Source: Cyanobacteria bacterium J06626_4
Lineage (GTDB): Bacteria > Cyanobacteriota > Cyanobacteriia > Phormidesmidales > Phormidesmidaceae
DNA: 64,000 nt
Direction: 5' to 3'
NCBI GenBank assembly: GCA_038523235.1
Contig: JBCBJQ010000014.1
Coordinates: 23,582 to 87,581, forward strand
The translations under genes were made by a program, and so were the position numbers. Below are positions 10,566 to 21,624 of the stretch, one piece after another. Under the pieces are notes generated by a model. That model saw only the letters and a list, made by a program, of their open reading frames with translations. It was not told where the DNA came from and made no database searches. Position 1 is the stretch's first letter. The number at the start of each line of letters is the position of its first letter.

Positions 10566-10683
10566 TGCCTGTTTAGCCTTCGTCGCAGCATCGACCTTAC
10601 ACAACTGCTAACGTGGCGGCCAAGTCGATCGCGCTGCCAAATTTCGTAAATCATTTCACACCCCCTTTCGGAGATTCCTCAAC

Positions 10684-11154
10684 ATGCTTATTGTGCAAAC
10701 AGCGGCAGATGGTAAAGGTAAGCGCCTGACCACAACCCAACCGATTCTGCGCGGCGCGGCTTTTCATACCATCGCGAACTATCGCTTTGCTGACGAACGA
10801 ACCTACACCAGCGTTCAAATCGACTCAGACGAGAGCATTGAAGAACATTTCCTAGCTCATCTCAATCACAGCTGCGATCCGAATGTCATCATCGATGCGA
10901 CCAGTCTGGAATTGCGAGCGATCCGTGATATCCAACCCGGTGAAGACCTAACCTTCTTTTATCCCAGCACGGAGTGGGCGATGGCAGAGCCATTTACCTG
11001 CCTGTGTGGCACAGCCAATTGTATTGGCACGATCTCAGGGGCACGGGATTTGCCGCTAAATGTGTTAGGTCGCTACTTCATTAATCGCCATATTGGTGGT
11101 GCCGCCTTAGAACACTTAGTTGGCAAGGGCATGGAAGCTCAGGTGTCAGCTTGA
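10684..11154 (+). CDS. Stand-alone SET-domain methyltransferase with post-SET cysteines
   Basis: NHSCDPN, AIRDI.PGEDLTFFY and post-SET CLCGTANC; GGAGA RBS. Confidence 0.9.
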   Translation: MLIVQTAADGKGKRLTTTQPILRGAAFHTIANYRFADERTYTSVQIDSDESIEEHFLAHLNHSCDPNVIIDATSLELRAIRDIQPGEDLTFFYPSTEWAMAEPFTCLCGTANCIGTISGARDLPLNVLGRYFINRHIGGAALEHLVGKGMEAQVSA

Positions 11155-11176
11155 GGCACGGCCTTGCTCTGCAAAC

Positions 11177-11223
11177 GAGAGGAGCACCAGGTAAAATTAC
11201 ACACCTTTCCTGGTGCTCCTCTC
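11177..11223. terminator. 15-bp stem-loop closing the HDO-SET unit
   Basis: GAGAGGAGCACCAGG / CCTGGTGCTCCTCTC; U-tract is weak. Confidence 0.6.
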
Positions 11224-11694
11224 TAGGTATTTTCGGCAGGGTTGGTGATGTCAAGAAAAGTCACCCTTCTACGTGATTTTGTGTCTGCAGTAAGGGCGAA
11301 AAAACTTTTGCCCTTTTAGAAACCTTTGAATTTCAGAGAGTTTCTGGCAACAGATGCCTCTTTCTATGCTGTTTGGCAACAGTTAAGTTTTCAAGACCTT
11401 TGGGCTAAGGCCAACGACCTTTCATCAGTGCTTTTACTCAAGACAGTTTGCCTAACCAGCTCATAGAGTGCGCTCTTAATTTTCAGGGCCTGTAAAACCA
11501 TTAATCAAACCGCATTGCCTAAGTTGCTCAAGCCGTCAATCCGTGCAATCTAGGTATGCAACCCAAAAGATCAGGTATGTCAGTAAAACAACCTAAAAAT
11601 ATTGATTGGCAGAAACTATCGCAATTTTAGATTTGTTTTAGATTGACTATGCTTTCATTGATGGGCACTCTTTTAGTGATATCGACGGTTTAAT

Positions 11695-13938
11695 GTGGTT
11701 TCCAAAATGCGAATATCTGATCGAGGTAGAGCCTTACAGCTTTTTCTGATTGTGCCCTTTGTACTGCAGATTTTTGGCGCTGTAGGTCTCATCGGCTATA
11801 TCTCGTTCCGCAAGGGTGAACAAGCCGTTGAGGAATTGGCGGAAGAGCTCATCACCGAGGTGACCAAAACCGTCGATAGTCGCCTGGATTATTACCTATC
11901 CATTCCCCATCAGGTCAATCAGATCAATGCCGATGCGATTCAGATGGGATTGATCGACCTCAACGATCGCGAAGCTACGGCTAAGTATTTTTGGCGGCAA
12001 ATGCAAGCCTATGACCTGACCTATGTTGGCTATGGGTTAACGACGGGAGCTGGGGCCGGGGCGGCTCGCTACGATGGCAAAACGGTTACCATCGACGACT
12101 GGTCTGAGAATTCTCCTGGTAATGGTCTCAACTATGCCACTGACGAGCAGGGCAATCGCCTGTCTGTCAATGCTCCATTTGATTTTGATAACTTCAGCGA
12201 AGCTTGGTACAACGAACCGCTCGCCGCTGGCGAACCGACCTGGTCGCGCATCTACACCTGGATGCATCCAGATGGTTACCCCTATATTACGGCTTCCGCC
12301 GGGCGACCCGTTTACGATGCTAACAACCAACTGCTGGGGATGATCGCCGCAGATATTCATTTACTCAAGCTGAGCGATTTCCTGCGGGAATTAGAAATTA
12401 GTCAAGCGGGTCAAGTCTTTATTGTTGAGCGGGATGGCACCCTGATTGCCAGCTCTGGTGATCAGGATCCCTTCAAACTGGTGGATGGTGACATTCAACG
12501 AATCAACGCCATCAACAGTCCCGACGAGAGGATTCAAGGCATTGCGCGGTACCTAAAGCAAACCTCAGACTTGGCTACGCTCTCGACCTCGAAAGACTTA
12601 AATCTGGAGCTGAATGACGAGACCTACTTTGTCGAGATTCAGCCTTGGCAAGATGACTACGGACTCGACTGGATGTTTGTGGTGGCAGTACCACAGCAGG
12701 TATTTATGGGGCAAATCTATGCGAATGCTCGCACTACTGCCCTACTGTGCGTCGGTGCTCTTTTCGTGGCGACCGTCTTTGGCCTCATAACGGCGCGACA
12801 TATTACTCGACCGGTCAAAGAGTTGAATGCCGCGAGTCAAAAAATTGCCTCCGGCTCACTCGATGAAGCAGTGGGTGATAGTGGCATTCGGGAACTCGAT
12901 ACGCTGGCCCACTCGTTCAATTACATGGCTCAGCAGTTACGCGAATCGTTTGCGGTAATTGAAGCCAGCAAAGGCGAGTTAGAAAATCGGGTAGAGGCTC
13001 GCACTGCCGAGTTAAAAGCCGCGCTCACAGAATTACAGCAAACTCAACTGCAGGTGATTCAGGGCGAAAAAATGTCGAGTTTGGGGCAGTTGGTGGCAGG
13101 CGTGGCTCACGAAATCAACAATCCCGTCAATTTTATTTACGGCAACTTGACCCATGTGGAAGAGTACTCACAGGCTCTGTTGAATGTAGTGAATGTGTTT
13201 CAGCAGCATTATCCAGAGCCGGATTTAGCCGTTCAGCACAGTCTGGAAGATACCGATGTGGACTTTATGCAAGAGGACTTGCCCAAAATCTTGTCCTCGA
13301 TGCGGTTAGGCACTCAGCGAATTCGTCAGATTGTCCTGTCGCTCCGTAACTTCTCACGCATGGATGAGGCCGAGATGAAATCGGTTGATATTCACGAAGG
13401 GCTGGAGAGTACGCTGGTCATCTTGCACCATCGCCTCAAAGCGCAACCCGAGCAACCCGCGGTTGAAATCGTTCGCCAGTATGGTGATCTGCCCTTAGTG
13501 GAATGCTATGCCGGACAGCTCAATCAGGTGTTTATGAATATCTTTTCCAACGCACTGGATGCGTTGGAGGAGATGAATGAATCGCGATCGCTAGAGGCGA
13601 TTAAAGCCCATCCCAACATCATCACAATCACCACAGCGCTGCTGGCAAATCAGCAGGTTCGCATTACCATCGCCGATAATGGCCCAGGCATCACTGAGCC
13701 GGTGCGGCGGCGAGTCTTTGACCCCTTCTTCACCACTAAACCGTTGGGCAAAGGTACGGGCATGGGTATGTCTATCAGCTACAGCATTGTGGTCGAAAAG
13801 CATGGCGGTAGTCTGACATGTGATTCCACAGTGGGGCAAGGTACCGAGTTTGTGATTCAGATTCCCATTCATCAAATATCAAATGAGGCGGATGACATAA
13901 CGGCACCCACGACGGCCTCAGTACCGGCAACGGTATAA
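11695..13938 (+). CDS. Membrane sensor histidine kinase (Cache-HAMP-HisKA-HATPase)
   Basis: Two TM segments around a periplasmic domain, HAMP, H-box AHEINNP, N-box NQVFMN, DNGPG, FTTK, GTGMGM. Start may be 11707. No adjacent response regulator. Confidence 0.92.
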   Translation: MVSKMRISDRGRALQLFLIVPFVLQIFGAVGLIGYISFRKGEQAVEELAEELITEVTKTVDSRLDYYLSIPHQVNQINADAIQMGLIDLNDREATAKYFWRQMQAYDLTYVGYGLTTGAGAGAARYDGKTVTIDDWSENSPGNGLNYATDEQGNRLSVNAPFDFDNFSEAWYNEPLAAGEPTWSRIYTWMHPDGYPYITASAGRPVYDANNQLLGMIAADIHLLKLSDFLRELEISQAGQVFIVERDGTLIASSGDQDPFKLVDGDIQRINAINSPDERIQGIARYLKQTSDLATLSTSKDLNLELNDETYFVEIQPWQDDYGLDWMFVVAVPQQVFMGQIYANARTTALLCVGALFVATVFGLITARHITRPVKELNAASQKIASGSLDEAVGDSGIRELDTLAHSFNYMAQQLRESFAVIEASKGELENRVEARTAELKAALTELQQTQLQVIQGEKMSSLGQLVAGVAHEINNPVNFIYGNLTHVEEYSQALLNVVNVFQQHYPEPDLAVQHSLEDTDVDFMQEDLPKILSSMRLGTQRIRQIVLSLRNFSRMDEAEMKSVDIHEGLESTLVILHHRLKAQPEQPAVEIVRQYGDLPLVECYAGQLNQVFMNIFSNALDALEEMNESRSLEAIKAHPNIITITTALLANQQVRITIADNGPGITEPVRRRVFDPFFTTKPLGKGTGMGMSISYSIVVEKHGGSLTCDSTVGQGTEFVIQIPIHQISNEADDITAPTTASVPATV

Positions 13939-14405
13939 GTCAGTTCATCGGGCTGAGCGATGGGGAACTGCAGTCACATCGGTTCCGGTCATGCGACAAA
14001 AATCACTGGATGCGGCTAGCGATGCTTTTGCGCGATCGCTGGCACTTTTCGGCATTGGGTTGAGCCGCTAGCCGCAACAAGACCGGTTGGCAACAACAGA
14101 AACCAACCATCACGTCGGGCTACACTGCAAGCAGTCGCCGAGCTCATCGCCATCGCCAGCCGCTGCTGCCGTCGCCAGGGTCGTCATCGGGCCAGCTCAA
14201 TGCCAGGGCAAAGAGGCTATGTACAGGCGATACCATCAGGGATGTCTTCAGAATGTTTACTGACCTGCCACGGTTGCTGTCCTCTGGCCTCATGGCCTAC
14301 GCCGGAGCAACTCGGCTGGGGAACCGGTGCGGTGCCCCCACCAGAACACGATGGCCGGCGCTGGTATGGGAATATCGGTCATGCCCTAAGTAGGAGATCT
14401 CAGCC

Positions 14406-15818
14406 TTGCGGAAACTGCCGCCTTTACCCTTTTCAGTCAAGTTAGCCTACGGCACCGGAGAACTCGCAGCGGCGGTACCGTCTAGTTTGTCAGCGTTCTT
14501 TCTGCTCTATTTCTTTACGTCAGTGGCGGGCTTGAGCCCGGCGCTGGCGGGGGGCGTGCTCATGTTTGGCCGCCTGTGGGATGCAATCAACGACCCGCTG
14601 GTGGGCTGGTTAAGCGATCGCACCGAATCGCCCCTAGGACGGCGCTATCCCTGGATGCTGATCGGGTCGGTTCCGCTGTCGATTTGCTTTGTGCTGCTGT
14701 GGACGGTGCCCCCAGTCGAAACGCAATGGGGCCTCTTTGCCTACTACGCTATCCTCTCGCTGTTTGCCTTTGCCTCGCTGACGGCGGTACAGCTGCCTTA
14801 TACGACTCTCGCGGCTGAACTGTCGGATGACTATGACGAACGCACGGCGCTGATTGGCATGAAGTCAGCCTTCAGCATTAGCGGCAGCATTTTGGGTCTG
14901 GTCATGGCCCAAATCGTGTTTGACCATGTGGTCGATCCGAGCGCGCAATACCATCTCTTGGGTCGCCTCTCGGCCATCCCAGCTGTGTTCATGATTTTGA
15001 TTTGTGTGGTGGGCACTTATCGCCGGTATTGGCTGGTACACGCCAGCCGGCCCAAACTTCACACGCAGAAGCAGACAACTTCACTATTTTCAGAAATTCG
15101 CAGCGTGTTTAAAAATGGGGCTTTTCGGAAGATTTTGGGGCTTTATCTGTGCGGCTGGATTGGCATTCAACTCACGGCGGTGATGCTGCCGTATTTTGTG
15201 AGCGCGTGGATGGGCCTATCGGAAAGTCACTTTGCCCGCATGGCTCTGACCGTACAGGGCACGGCGATCGCTATGGTGCTCGTGTGGGAGCGGGTGGCAA
15301 GACTGAGCGGCAAGCGGACGGTCTTTATGCTGGGTGCCCCCTTAGCCATTGCGGCCCTATTGCTGCTGCTGACCCTGCAGCCAGGGGATGTCGTCATGAT
15401 GTATCTGCTGGGCATGGTTGCGGGCACGGGCGTCGCCACGATGTATATGGTGCCGTTCTCCATGCTGCCCGACGTGGTGGATTTGGATGAGCTCCAAACT
15501 GGACTGCGCCGCGAAGGGCTGTACTTTAGTGCGGTGGTATTTTTGCAGAAACTCGGCATCGCCGTGGCTCTATTTGCCTCGGGCACGCTGTTAGACCTCA
15601 CCGGCTTTGTCGCAGAGGCGGCAACTCAACCGACGGTTACTCTATGGACAATTCGGCTGTTGATTGGCCCTCTGCCTGCAGTCTTGCTGCTGTGCAGTGT
15701 CTGGTTTGCCTATCGCTATCCGATCAATCGACAGCGCCATCAAGAAATTCTCTTAGCCCTGCACGACAAACGACAGCAAAAGCTGACTATCAATGCGCCC
15801 ACTGGACAGGAGCTGTGA
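14406..15818 (+). CDS. GPH-family (MelB-like) MFS sugar/cation symporter
   Basis: KLAYG.G, WDAINDPLVG.LSDRT, GRR.PW, G.RREG.Y motifs; TTG start after AGGAG. Confidence 0.88.
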   Translation: MRKLPPLPFSVKLAYGTGELAAAVPSSLSAFFLLYFFTSVAGLSPALAGGVLMFGRLWDAINDPLVGWLSDRTESPLGRRYPWMLIGSVPLSICFVLLWTVPPVETQWGLFAYYAILSLFAFASLTAVQLPYTTLAAELSDDYDERTALIGMKSAFSISGSILGLVMAQIVFDHVVDPSAQYHLLGRLSAIPAVFMILICVVGTYRRYWLVHASRPKLHTQKQTTSLFSEIRSVFKNGAFRKILGLYLCGWIGIQLTAVMLPYFVSAWMGLSESHFARMALTVQGTAIAMVLVWERVARLSGKRTVFMLGAPLAIAALLLLLTLQPGDVVMMYLLGMVAGTGVATMYMVPFSMLPDVVDLDELQTGLRREGLYFSAVVFLQKLGIAVALFASGTLLDLTGFVAEAATQPTVTLWTIRLLIGPLPAVLLLCSVWFAYRYPINRQRHQEILLALHDKRQQKLTINAPTGQEL

Positions 15819-15954
15819 CCGGGTCAGCAGGATGCCGTGGGAGGCAATCGGGGCAGCCAGGAAGTGAAAGGACTAAGAGCGCGAGGCCATGGTTGGTTGC
15901 TGATCACTCGCGATCGCTCTAGCATGGGAAACTACGCTACGGGTTCTATTGACC

Positions 15955-17080
15955 ATGTTGGAAACGACAGATTTAAAGCGCGATTTGGCCGTGTTGACGC
16001 AGCGCCTGGGCACCGCTCAGGAGTATCTTTGACGTTGATGCGATTACCGCCCGTATTAAGGATCTAGAGCAGCTAGCGGCGCAGCCGGAGCTATGGGATG
16101 ACCAGGCCAGAGCCCAGCAGATTTTGCAGGAGCTGAACGATAATAAAGCGCAGCTGGAACAGCTCAAAACCTGGCAGGGCAGTTTAGACGACACCGAAGC
16201 CATCTTAGAACTGCTGGAAGAAAACTCTGACGAAACGCTACTCGCCGAAGCTCAGAGCACGCTGATTGAGATGACCCAGGCGCTCGACACTTGGGAACTG
16301 CAGCAACTGCTCTCTGGCGTGTATGACAAAAGCGGGGCGGTGCTCACCATCAATGCTGGGGCCGGGGGCACCGATGCCCAAGACTGGGCCGAGATGCTGC
16401 TGCGTATGTATACCCGCTGGGCCGAACGCCAGGGCTATAAGGTCGCGTTGGTAGAACAGTCAGACGGTGAAGAGGCGGGCCTCAAGTCGGCCACATTAGA
16501 AATTCAAGGTCGCTATGCCTTTGGCTATCTTAAGGCCGAAAAAGGCACCCACCGGCTGGTGCGCATTTCCCCCTTTAACGCCAATGGCAAGCGGCAAACT
16601 AGCTTTGCCGGAGTAGAGATCATGCCCATTCTGGATCAGTCGATTGAGCTGGATATTCCCGACAAAGATTTGGAAATCAAGACGTCACGCTCCGGCGGCG
16701 CGGGCGGCCAAAACGTCAACAAAGTAGAAACCGCCGTGCGGATTACCCATTTGCCGACGGGCATTTCGGTTCGGTGTACTCAGGAGCGATCGCAGCTGCA
16801 AAACCGCGAAAAGGCGATGGCCCTATTGACGGCGAAGCTGCTGATCATTGCCCAAGAACAACAGGCTCAGGCCATTGCCGAGATTCGCGGCGATATGGTC
16901 GAGGCGGCCTGGGGCAACCAAATTCGCAACTATGTGTTTCACCCTTACCAAATGGTGAAAGATTTGCGAACCGGCGAAGAAACCACGGCGATCGCCGACG
17001 TGATGGATGGCGCTTTAGACCCGTTTATTCAGTCCTATCTGAGAAAAGATACGCAAACGGTAGCCGCCGAGGTCGTTTAA
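15955..17080 (+). CDS. prfB: Peptide chain release factor 2, with programmed +1 frameshift
   Basis: ATG at 15955 reads [11 protein letters not shown]...QEYL, then CTT-TGA-C (16027-16033) preceded by an internal AGGAG (16019-16023). The +1 frame contains SPF and GGQ. Confidence 0.97.
16019..16033 (+). promoter_or_regulatory. RF2 autoregulatory +1 frameshift site
   Basis: AGGAG TAT CTT TGA C matches the canonical prfB shift site. Confidence 0.95.
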
Positions 17081-17264
17081 TGCTGCGGTCGGTCATGCCT
17101 CCAGGTGCTTCATTAACCTTTCGAAGGTGGTGCTTTGCCCTCGGCGCTCCAATCAGGACTCGCTCGATCGCGGCTGGGGATATCCGCACTCGTCCTGTAG
17201 GGTATGGAAGCAAGGACTCCGTTAAATTGATTAAACGTTAGCGCTCCCCCTTTTAGTCAGTGAC

Positions 17265-18794
17265 ATGGTTACGTTACTCCTCTTTTTAGTTGCGATCGCC
17301 CTCCTTGTCTGGGGATTTGTGCGAGCACGACCGCTGGGCAAAATTGGTATCTTGGCTTGGCTGCAGTCTGTCGTCTTGATGCTGCCGTGGCTACTATTTT
17401 TTGGGTCATTTACCCTCGGCATCTACTTCAATTTGGTCGGGGTGCTGTTTTTGGTCGTGTGCTCAGTCGGGATTTACATCTACCTGGGTCGTCGCCTGCG
17501 CGCGCTGGGGCAAGACGAGCTCGCGATGCAAAAGCTGAAGACCGCCATGGCGGCATCCGATCTTACAGCAGATGATCAGACCCCCGACAATGGTGCTCCG
17601 GCGACGATGAGCGCCTCACCCGTGACAGGCAAGGCTGACGCCACCGCCGATCCGGCCAAGGATAGTGCGGCTGACGATGAAGCGTTGCGACTACCAGCCG
17701 AAGACCAGACTTTGTTAGAAGGGATCTTTGGCATTGACACCTTTTTTCGGACTGAGACAGTGCCCTACGATCAGGGGGCCATTTTCAAGGGCAACCTACG
17801 TGGCGAGCCCGATGCCGCTTTGGCCCAGCTCACGGCCTTAGCAGACGACCGGCTAAACCAGCGATATCGGCTCTTTTTAGTGACCGACCCGAAGGGCAAA
17901 CCCGTCATCGTCGCCCTCCCCAAAAGTAGCGACCCCCAGCCGCTGTCAGCTTTTCAACAAGGGGCGGCGGTACTACTCGCGATCGCGACATTCCTGACTT
18001 GCTTAGAAGCGAGCGGCATCTTGCTCGGCTTTGACCTGCTGACTGCCCCCGATAAGTGGCCTGCTGCCCTGCCCTTTGCCTTGGGGACGATGGCCATTTT
18101 GGTCGCCCATGAAATTGGCCATGGGCTGATGGCGCAGCGCCGTGACGTGAAGCTAAGCTGGCCGTTTTTGATTCCCACCTGGGAAATCGGTTCATTTGGA
18201 GCGCTGACGCGCATTGAGTCGGTTTTGCCCAACCGCTCAGTGCTCTTTGATGTCGCCCTGGCAGGGCCAGCAGCCGGTGGCCTGTTGTCGTTTGGGCTGC
18301 TGATTGTGGGGTTTGTCCTCTCCCATCCCGGTAGTGAGTTTCAGCTGCCGGTCGCGTTTTTTCAAGGGTCGGCTTTAGTGGGTACGTTGGCCAAGATCAT
18401 CTTGGGTGCAGCACTGACAGAGCCTTTGGTTGACGTTCACCCCTTTGTGCTAATTGGCTGGTTGGGGCTGATCATTACCGCGCTCAACTTATTGCCTGCC
18501 GGTCAGTTAGATGGCGGTCGCATTGTGCAGGCAATTTATGGCCGCAAAACCGCTGGCCGGGCGACCGTCATCACCGTGGCGCTACTGGCGATCGCCTCTT
18601 TAGCCAATCCTCTAGCACTGTATTGGGCGGTACTGATTTTGTTTTTGCAGCGCCAGCAAGAGCGACCGGCTACTAATGAAATCACCGAGCCCGATGATGC
18701 CAGAGCGGCCTTAGGGCTGCTGGCCCTCTTTTTGACGCTGGCGACGCTGCTGCCATTGACACCGTCTCTAGCCGGACGATTGGGCATCGGTTAA
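17265..18794 (+). CDS. Site-2 protease (M50, EGY-like)
   Basis: HEIGH, ALAGP, NLLPAGQLDGG and multiple TM helices. Confidence 0.92.
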   Translation: MVTLLLFLVAIALLVWGFVRARPLGKIGILAWLQSVVLMLPWLLFFGSFTLGIYFNLVGVLFLVVCSVGIYIYLGRRLRALGQDELAMQKLKTAMAASDLTADDQTPDNGAPATMSASPVTGKADATADPAKDSAADDEALRLPAEDQTLLEGIFGIDTFFRTETVPYDQGAIFKGNLRGEPDAALAQLTALADDRLNQRYRLFLVTDPKGKPVIVALPKSSDPQPLSAFQQGAAVLLAIATFLTCLEASGILLGFDLLTAPDKWPAALPFALGTMAILVAHEIGHGLMAQRRDVKLSWPFLIPTWEIGSFGALTRIESVLPNRSVLFDVALAGPAAGGLLSFGLLIVGFVLSHPGSEFQLPVAFFQGSALVGTLAKIILGAALTEPLVDVHPFVLIGWLGLIITALNLLPAGQLDGGRIVQAIYGRKTAGRATVITVALLAIASLANPLALYWAVLILFLQRQQERPATNEITEPDDARAALGLLALFLTLATLLPLTPSLAGRLGIG

Positions 18795-18871
18795 AACTGG
18801 GCGTTTGCTCAACCGATCAGACTGCAGACTGTCAGCCTCCCAATGGAGAAACTCGCAGGGTGAGCGGTGGC

Positions 18872-19087
18872 TCAAAAGATCATGAGATCGAGTTCAGCAT
18901 CGCTGAGCGCTTCGCTACCGACAAGCTCGGTGCGAACCAAAAGATAGCGGCTAGTGTAAATTGAGGACTGCTTAAAGCGAGGATTAGGCTGACCGACTTG
19001 AGCATCGGCTTCAGCGTAGGCTTCGAGATATTCTGGTGCGATCGCCCCTTGACGAGCAGGCCGCGATCGATCTTTAGAAACGGTCAT
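18872..19087 (-). CDS. Small hypothetical protein (71 aa)
   Basis: Protein-like ORF MTVSKDRS...YAEADAQVGQPNPRFKQSSIY...DLMIF. Confidence 0.6.
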   Translation of the reverse strand: MTVSKDRSRPARQGAIAPEYLEAYAEADAQVGQPNPRFKQSSIYTSRYLLVRTELVGSEALSDAELDLMIF

Positions 19088-19484
19088 AACCAACCACGAT
19101 GATGTGTTCGACGTACACAATACTGAGCTTCTGCAGCATTAGGCCGCGAACTTTTGGAAGCCTTAAGGAATCCCTGTCTCACCGTGACATTGTTTAACGT
19201 GGCCCGCCGTGGTCGCGGCCTCAGTCAACAGATCCTTTGGTCGCAGCGCGGACACTACCCCTCCTGTGAGCCGTTATTTGACCAGATTGTTGTTGAGTCC
19301 GAGCAAAACATGGTCAGGGATGCATGCTCAATAGGTCTGGCTTGCAGAGCCGTGCCTCGGCCAGTGGTCGCTCATCGTGTGCAGCTCTCCACGGTGAAAA
19401 CCATTAAGCGGTGCCCGATGGGTGCCGCGATCGCCCCACGGGTGATAAATCTGGATCAACTCTAAAAAATCTGATTGATTGACA

Positions 19485-19817
19485 TCAGTCGTTCTGAACA
19501 TCAAAATGCTTCGCGGCTTTCTCAAAAGCGCTTGTTAGATCGCTCCAGGCACTGTCAAAACCCTTTTTCAATTCTTGCCAAGCCGCTTCACTCGCAGTGC
19601 TCATCTCTTCCCATTTGCTCGACAGGGCATCCCGCTGAGCAGACAGCTCTTCAACGATGCTGTGATAGTTGATTTCGGCATCTGCTTTAGCCGCAGCAGC
19701 TTTGGCCTTATATTCGTCGATGCGAGCATTGAGTTTATCAAGCTCAGCTTTGACCTTAGCTTGATAAGCCTCGCGTTCCTTGGCGGTCGGTAGTCTGTCC
19801 GGCATGTCGATAGCCAT
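19485..19817 (-). CDS. Coiled-coil Sll1863-like stress protein
   Basis: REAYQAK..AELD..NARID, ASEAAW.ELK.G..SAW..L; GGAGGA RBS. Confidence 0.8.
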   Translation of the reverse strand: MAIDMPDRLPTAKEREAYQAKVKAELDKLNARIDEYKAKAAAAKADAEINYHSIVEELSAQRDALSSKWEEMSTASEAAWQELKKGFDSAWSDLTSAFEKAAKHFDVQND

Positions 19818-20164
19818 GGGATGTCCTCCAATTTGACGATAAAAACAGAGTTCGCAGCCCAATCGCGATCTGGATATTTTGAGGATTTGACACGTTGTTA
19901 ACCTGTTCGAATTGAGGCTGTTATGCAGCAAGCAGCTTTGAGCGCATGAACGATTTCGAATCAGGAACTTAACAGGTGCTATTTAATCGTAGCTATTTCC
20001 AGAATTTTCCGTCAGAAGACACCGTACGAACCTCGCAAAGCGGTGGCAGTCTACTGAATGGACGCGACTCGCCCATAATGCCTAGCTGTCGGCGACTGCG
20101 TCAGAGCCCAGGCAGACAGCATGGGGGCTTCAATAACGGAGACGTTGCTTTTAGACTAGAGGCG

Positions 20165-20538
20165 GGAAAGAGTCAGCGAGGCGGTTACGGGTTGGCTTTG
20201 CCAACTTGAGGAAAGTCCGGGCTCCCGAAAGACCAGACTTGCTGGGTAACGCCCAGTGCGGGTGACCGTGAGGAGAGTGCCACAGAAACATACCGCCGAT
20301 GGAGCTTGGCTCACAGGTAAGGGTGCAAGGGTGCGGTAAGAGCGCACCAGCAGCATCGAGAGGTGCTGGCTCGGTAAACCCCGGTGGGGAGCAAGGTCGC
20401 AGGGGTCATGGTTGGTCTTTTTCCAGCCCCGCTTTTGGTGTACCGCATGAGGCGTCTGGTAACAGCCGTCCCAGATAGATAATCGCCCTCTCGGCTTGGC
20501 CTGAGAGAACAGAACCCGGCTTATGTCTGGCTCTTTCC
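20165..20538 (+). ncRNA. rnpB: RNase P RNA (type A)
   Basis: GAGGAAAGTCCGGGCTCC, GAGAGTGCCACAGAAA, GGTAAACCCC, AGAACCCGGCTTA; P1 helix GGAAAGAGTCAG/CTGGCTCTTTCC. Confidence 0.97.
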
Positions 20539-21473
20539 TACTTTTTGAGACTGTCTAAAGCGAGCCGTAGCTGGCCCTGGTGCGACTCTAGACAAGCGTC
20601 TGCAGCGGCTAACGTTAGCTCGCCCCAGTGCATTAGCAGCGCCGACTTGACCCGCTGCTGGCTCCGATCAAGCAGGTCAGCCGCTGCTGCCCGATCAAGC
20701 CCGGTCAAATCACTGAGCATGCGAATGGCCCGATCGCGCAGCTTAGTGTTGGTCACAGCCACATCAATCATGCGGTTGCCGTAGACCTTACCCAACTGCA
20801 CCATGACACCGGTGGAAAGGATGTTGAGCGCCATTTTGGTCACCGTCCCGGCCTTGAGGCGAGTAGAGCCGGCCAGCACCTCAGGGCCAACCAGCAGGCG
20901 AATATCGACGTCGTAGTGGGCCGGTACCTGGTCAGGCGGCACGCAAGCCATGAAAATAGCGATCGCCCCACGCTGCTGGGCGGCCTTGAGAGCGCCATGG
21001 ACATAGGGGGTGGTACCTCCGGCGGTAATGCCAACCACGACGTCGTGGGGGCCAATGCGATGGTCGTGAATCACCCTTTCGCCATCTGCGGCGATATCTT
21101 CTAACCCCTCTGAACTGCGCACTAGGGCAGCGGCCCCTCCAGCAATCAGTCCCTGCACTAACTCCGGTGGTGTACAAAATGTGGGTGGACATTCGGCAGC
21201 ATCTAACACACCAAGACGGCCACTGGTACCGGCCCCCACATAAAAGAGACGCCCGCCCGCCCGGAGCGCCGCCGCCGTCTGCGTAATCGCCTCAGCGAGG
21301 GCTGATTTGGCCGCGGCGATCGCCTGCAGAGTATTGTGGTCTTCCGCATTCACCAATTCCACAAAAGCTAAGGGTGAGAGCTGGCCTAAAGACTGGCTGG
21401 CGGGGTTCGCCTGCTCAGTCAATAAATAGCCGCGATCGGTTAAGTCCTCGGGCTGAGAGGCAGGGGATGTCAC
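20538..21473 (-). CDS. murQ: N-acetylmuramic acid 6-phosphate etherase
   Basis: LLTEQ.NP, GAGTSGRLGVLDAAECPPTF, GPEVLAGSTRLKAGT, GKVYGNRMID. Confidence 0.96.
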   Translation of the reverse strand: MTSPASQPEDLTDRGYLLTEQANPASQSLGQLSPLAFVELVNAEDHNTLQAIAAAKSALAEAITQTAAALRAGGRLFYVGAGTSGRLGVLDAAECPPTFCTPPELVQGLIAGGAAALVRSSEGLEDIAADGERVIHDHRIGPHDVVVGITAGGTTPYVHGALKAAQQRGAIAIFMACVPPDQVPAHYDVDIRLLVGPEVLAGSTRLKAGTVTKMALNILSTGVMVQLGKVYGNRMIDVAVTNTKLRDRAIRMLSDLTGLDRAAAADLLDRSQQRVKSALLMHWGELTLAAADACLESHQGQLRLALDSLKK

Positions 21474-21624
21474 AGGGCGTTCTCCAAAGCGGCGGGAATA
21501 AGTCTGACCAGACGAGACCGGTCGGGCAGGCGGGGCAGCAGCGTTCTAGCCAGCGGGGAGCGCAGTCAGCTGCCGGTCAGCTTCGCCTCGATACTGCCCG
21601 CGACAGCTGGCCGTCATCGTCTGA

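Noticed and set aside
13939..14405. Small gene between the kinase and the MFS symporter (e.g. ORF 14200-14445)
   Set aside because: No recognisable motif or RBS, and it overlaps the symporter start.
19976..20356. ORFs 19976-20209 and 20156-20356
   Set aside because: They overlap the RNase P RNA gene.
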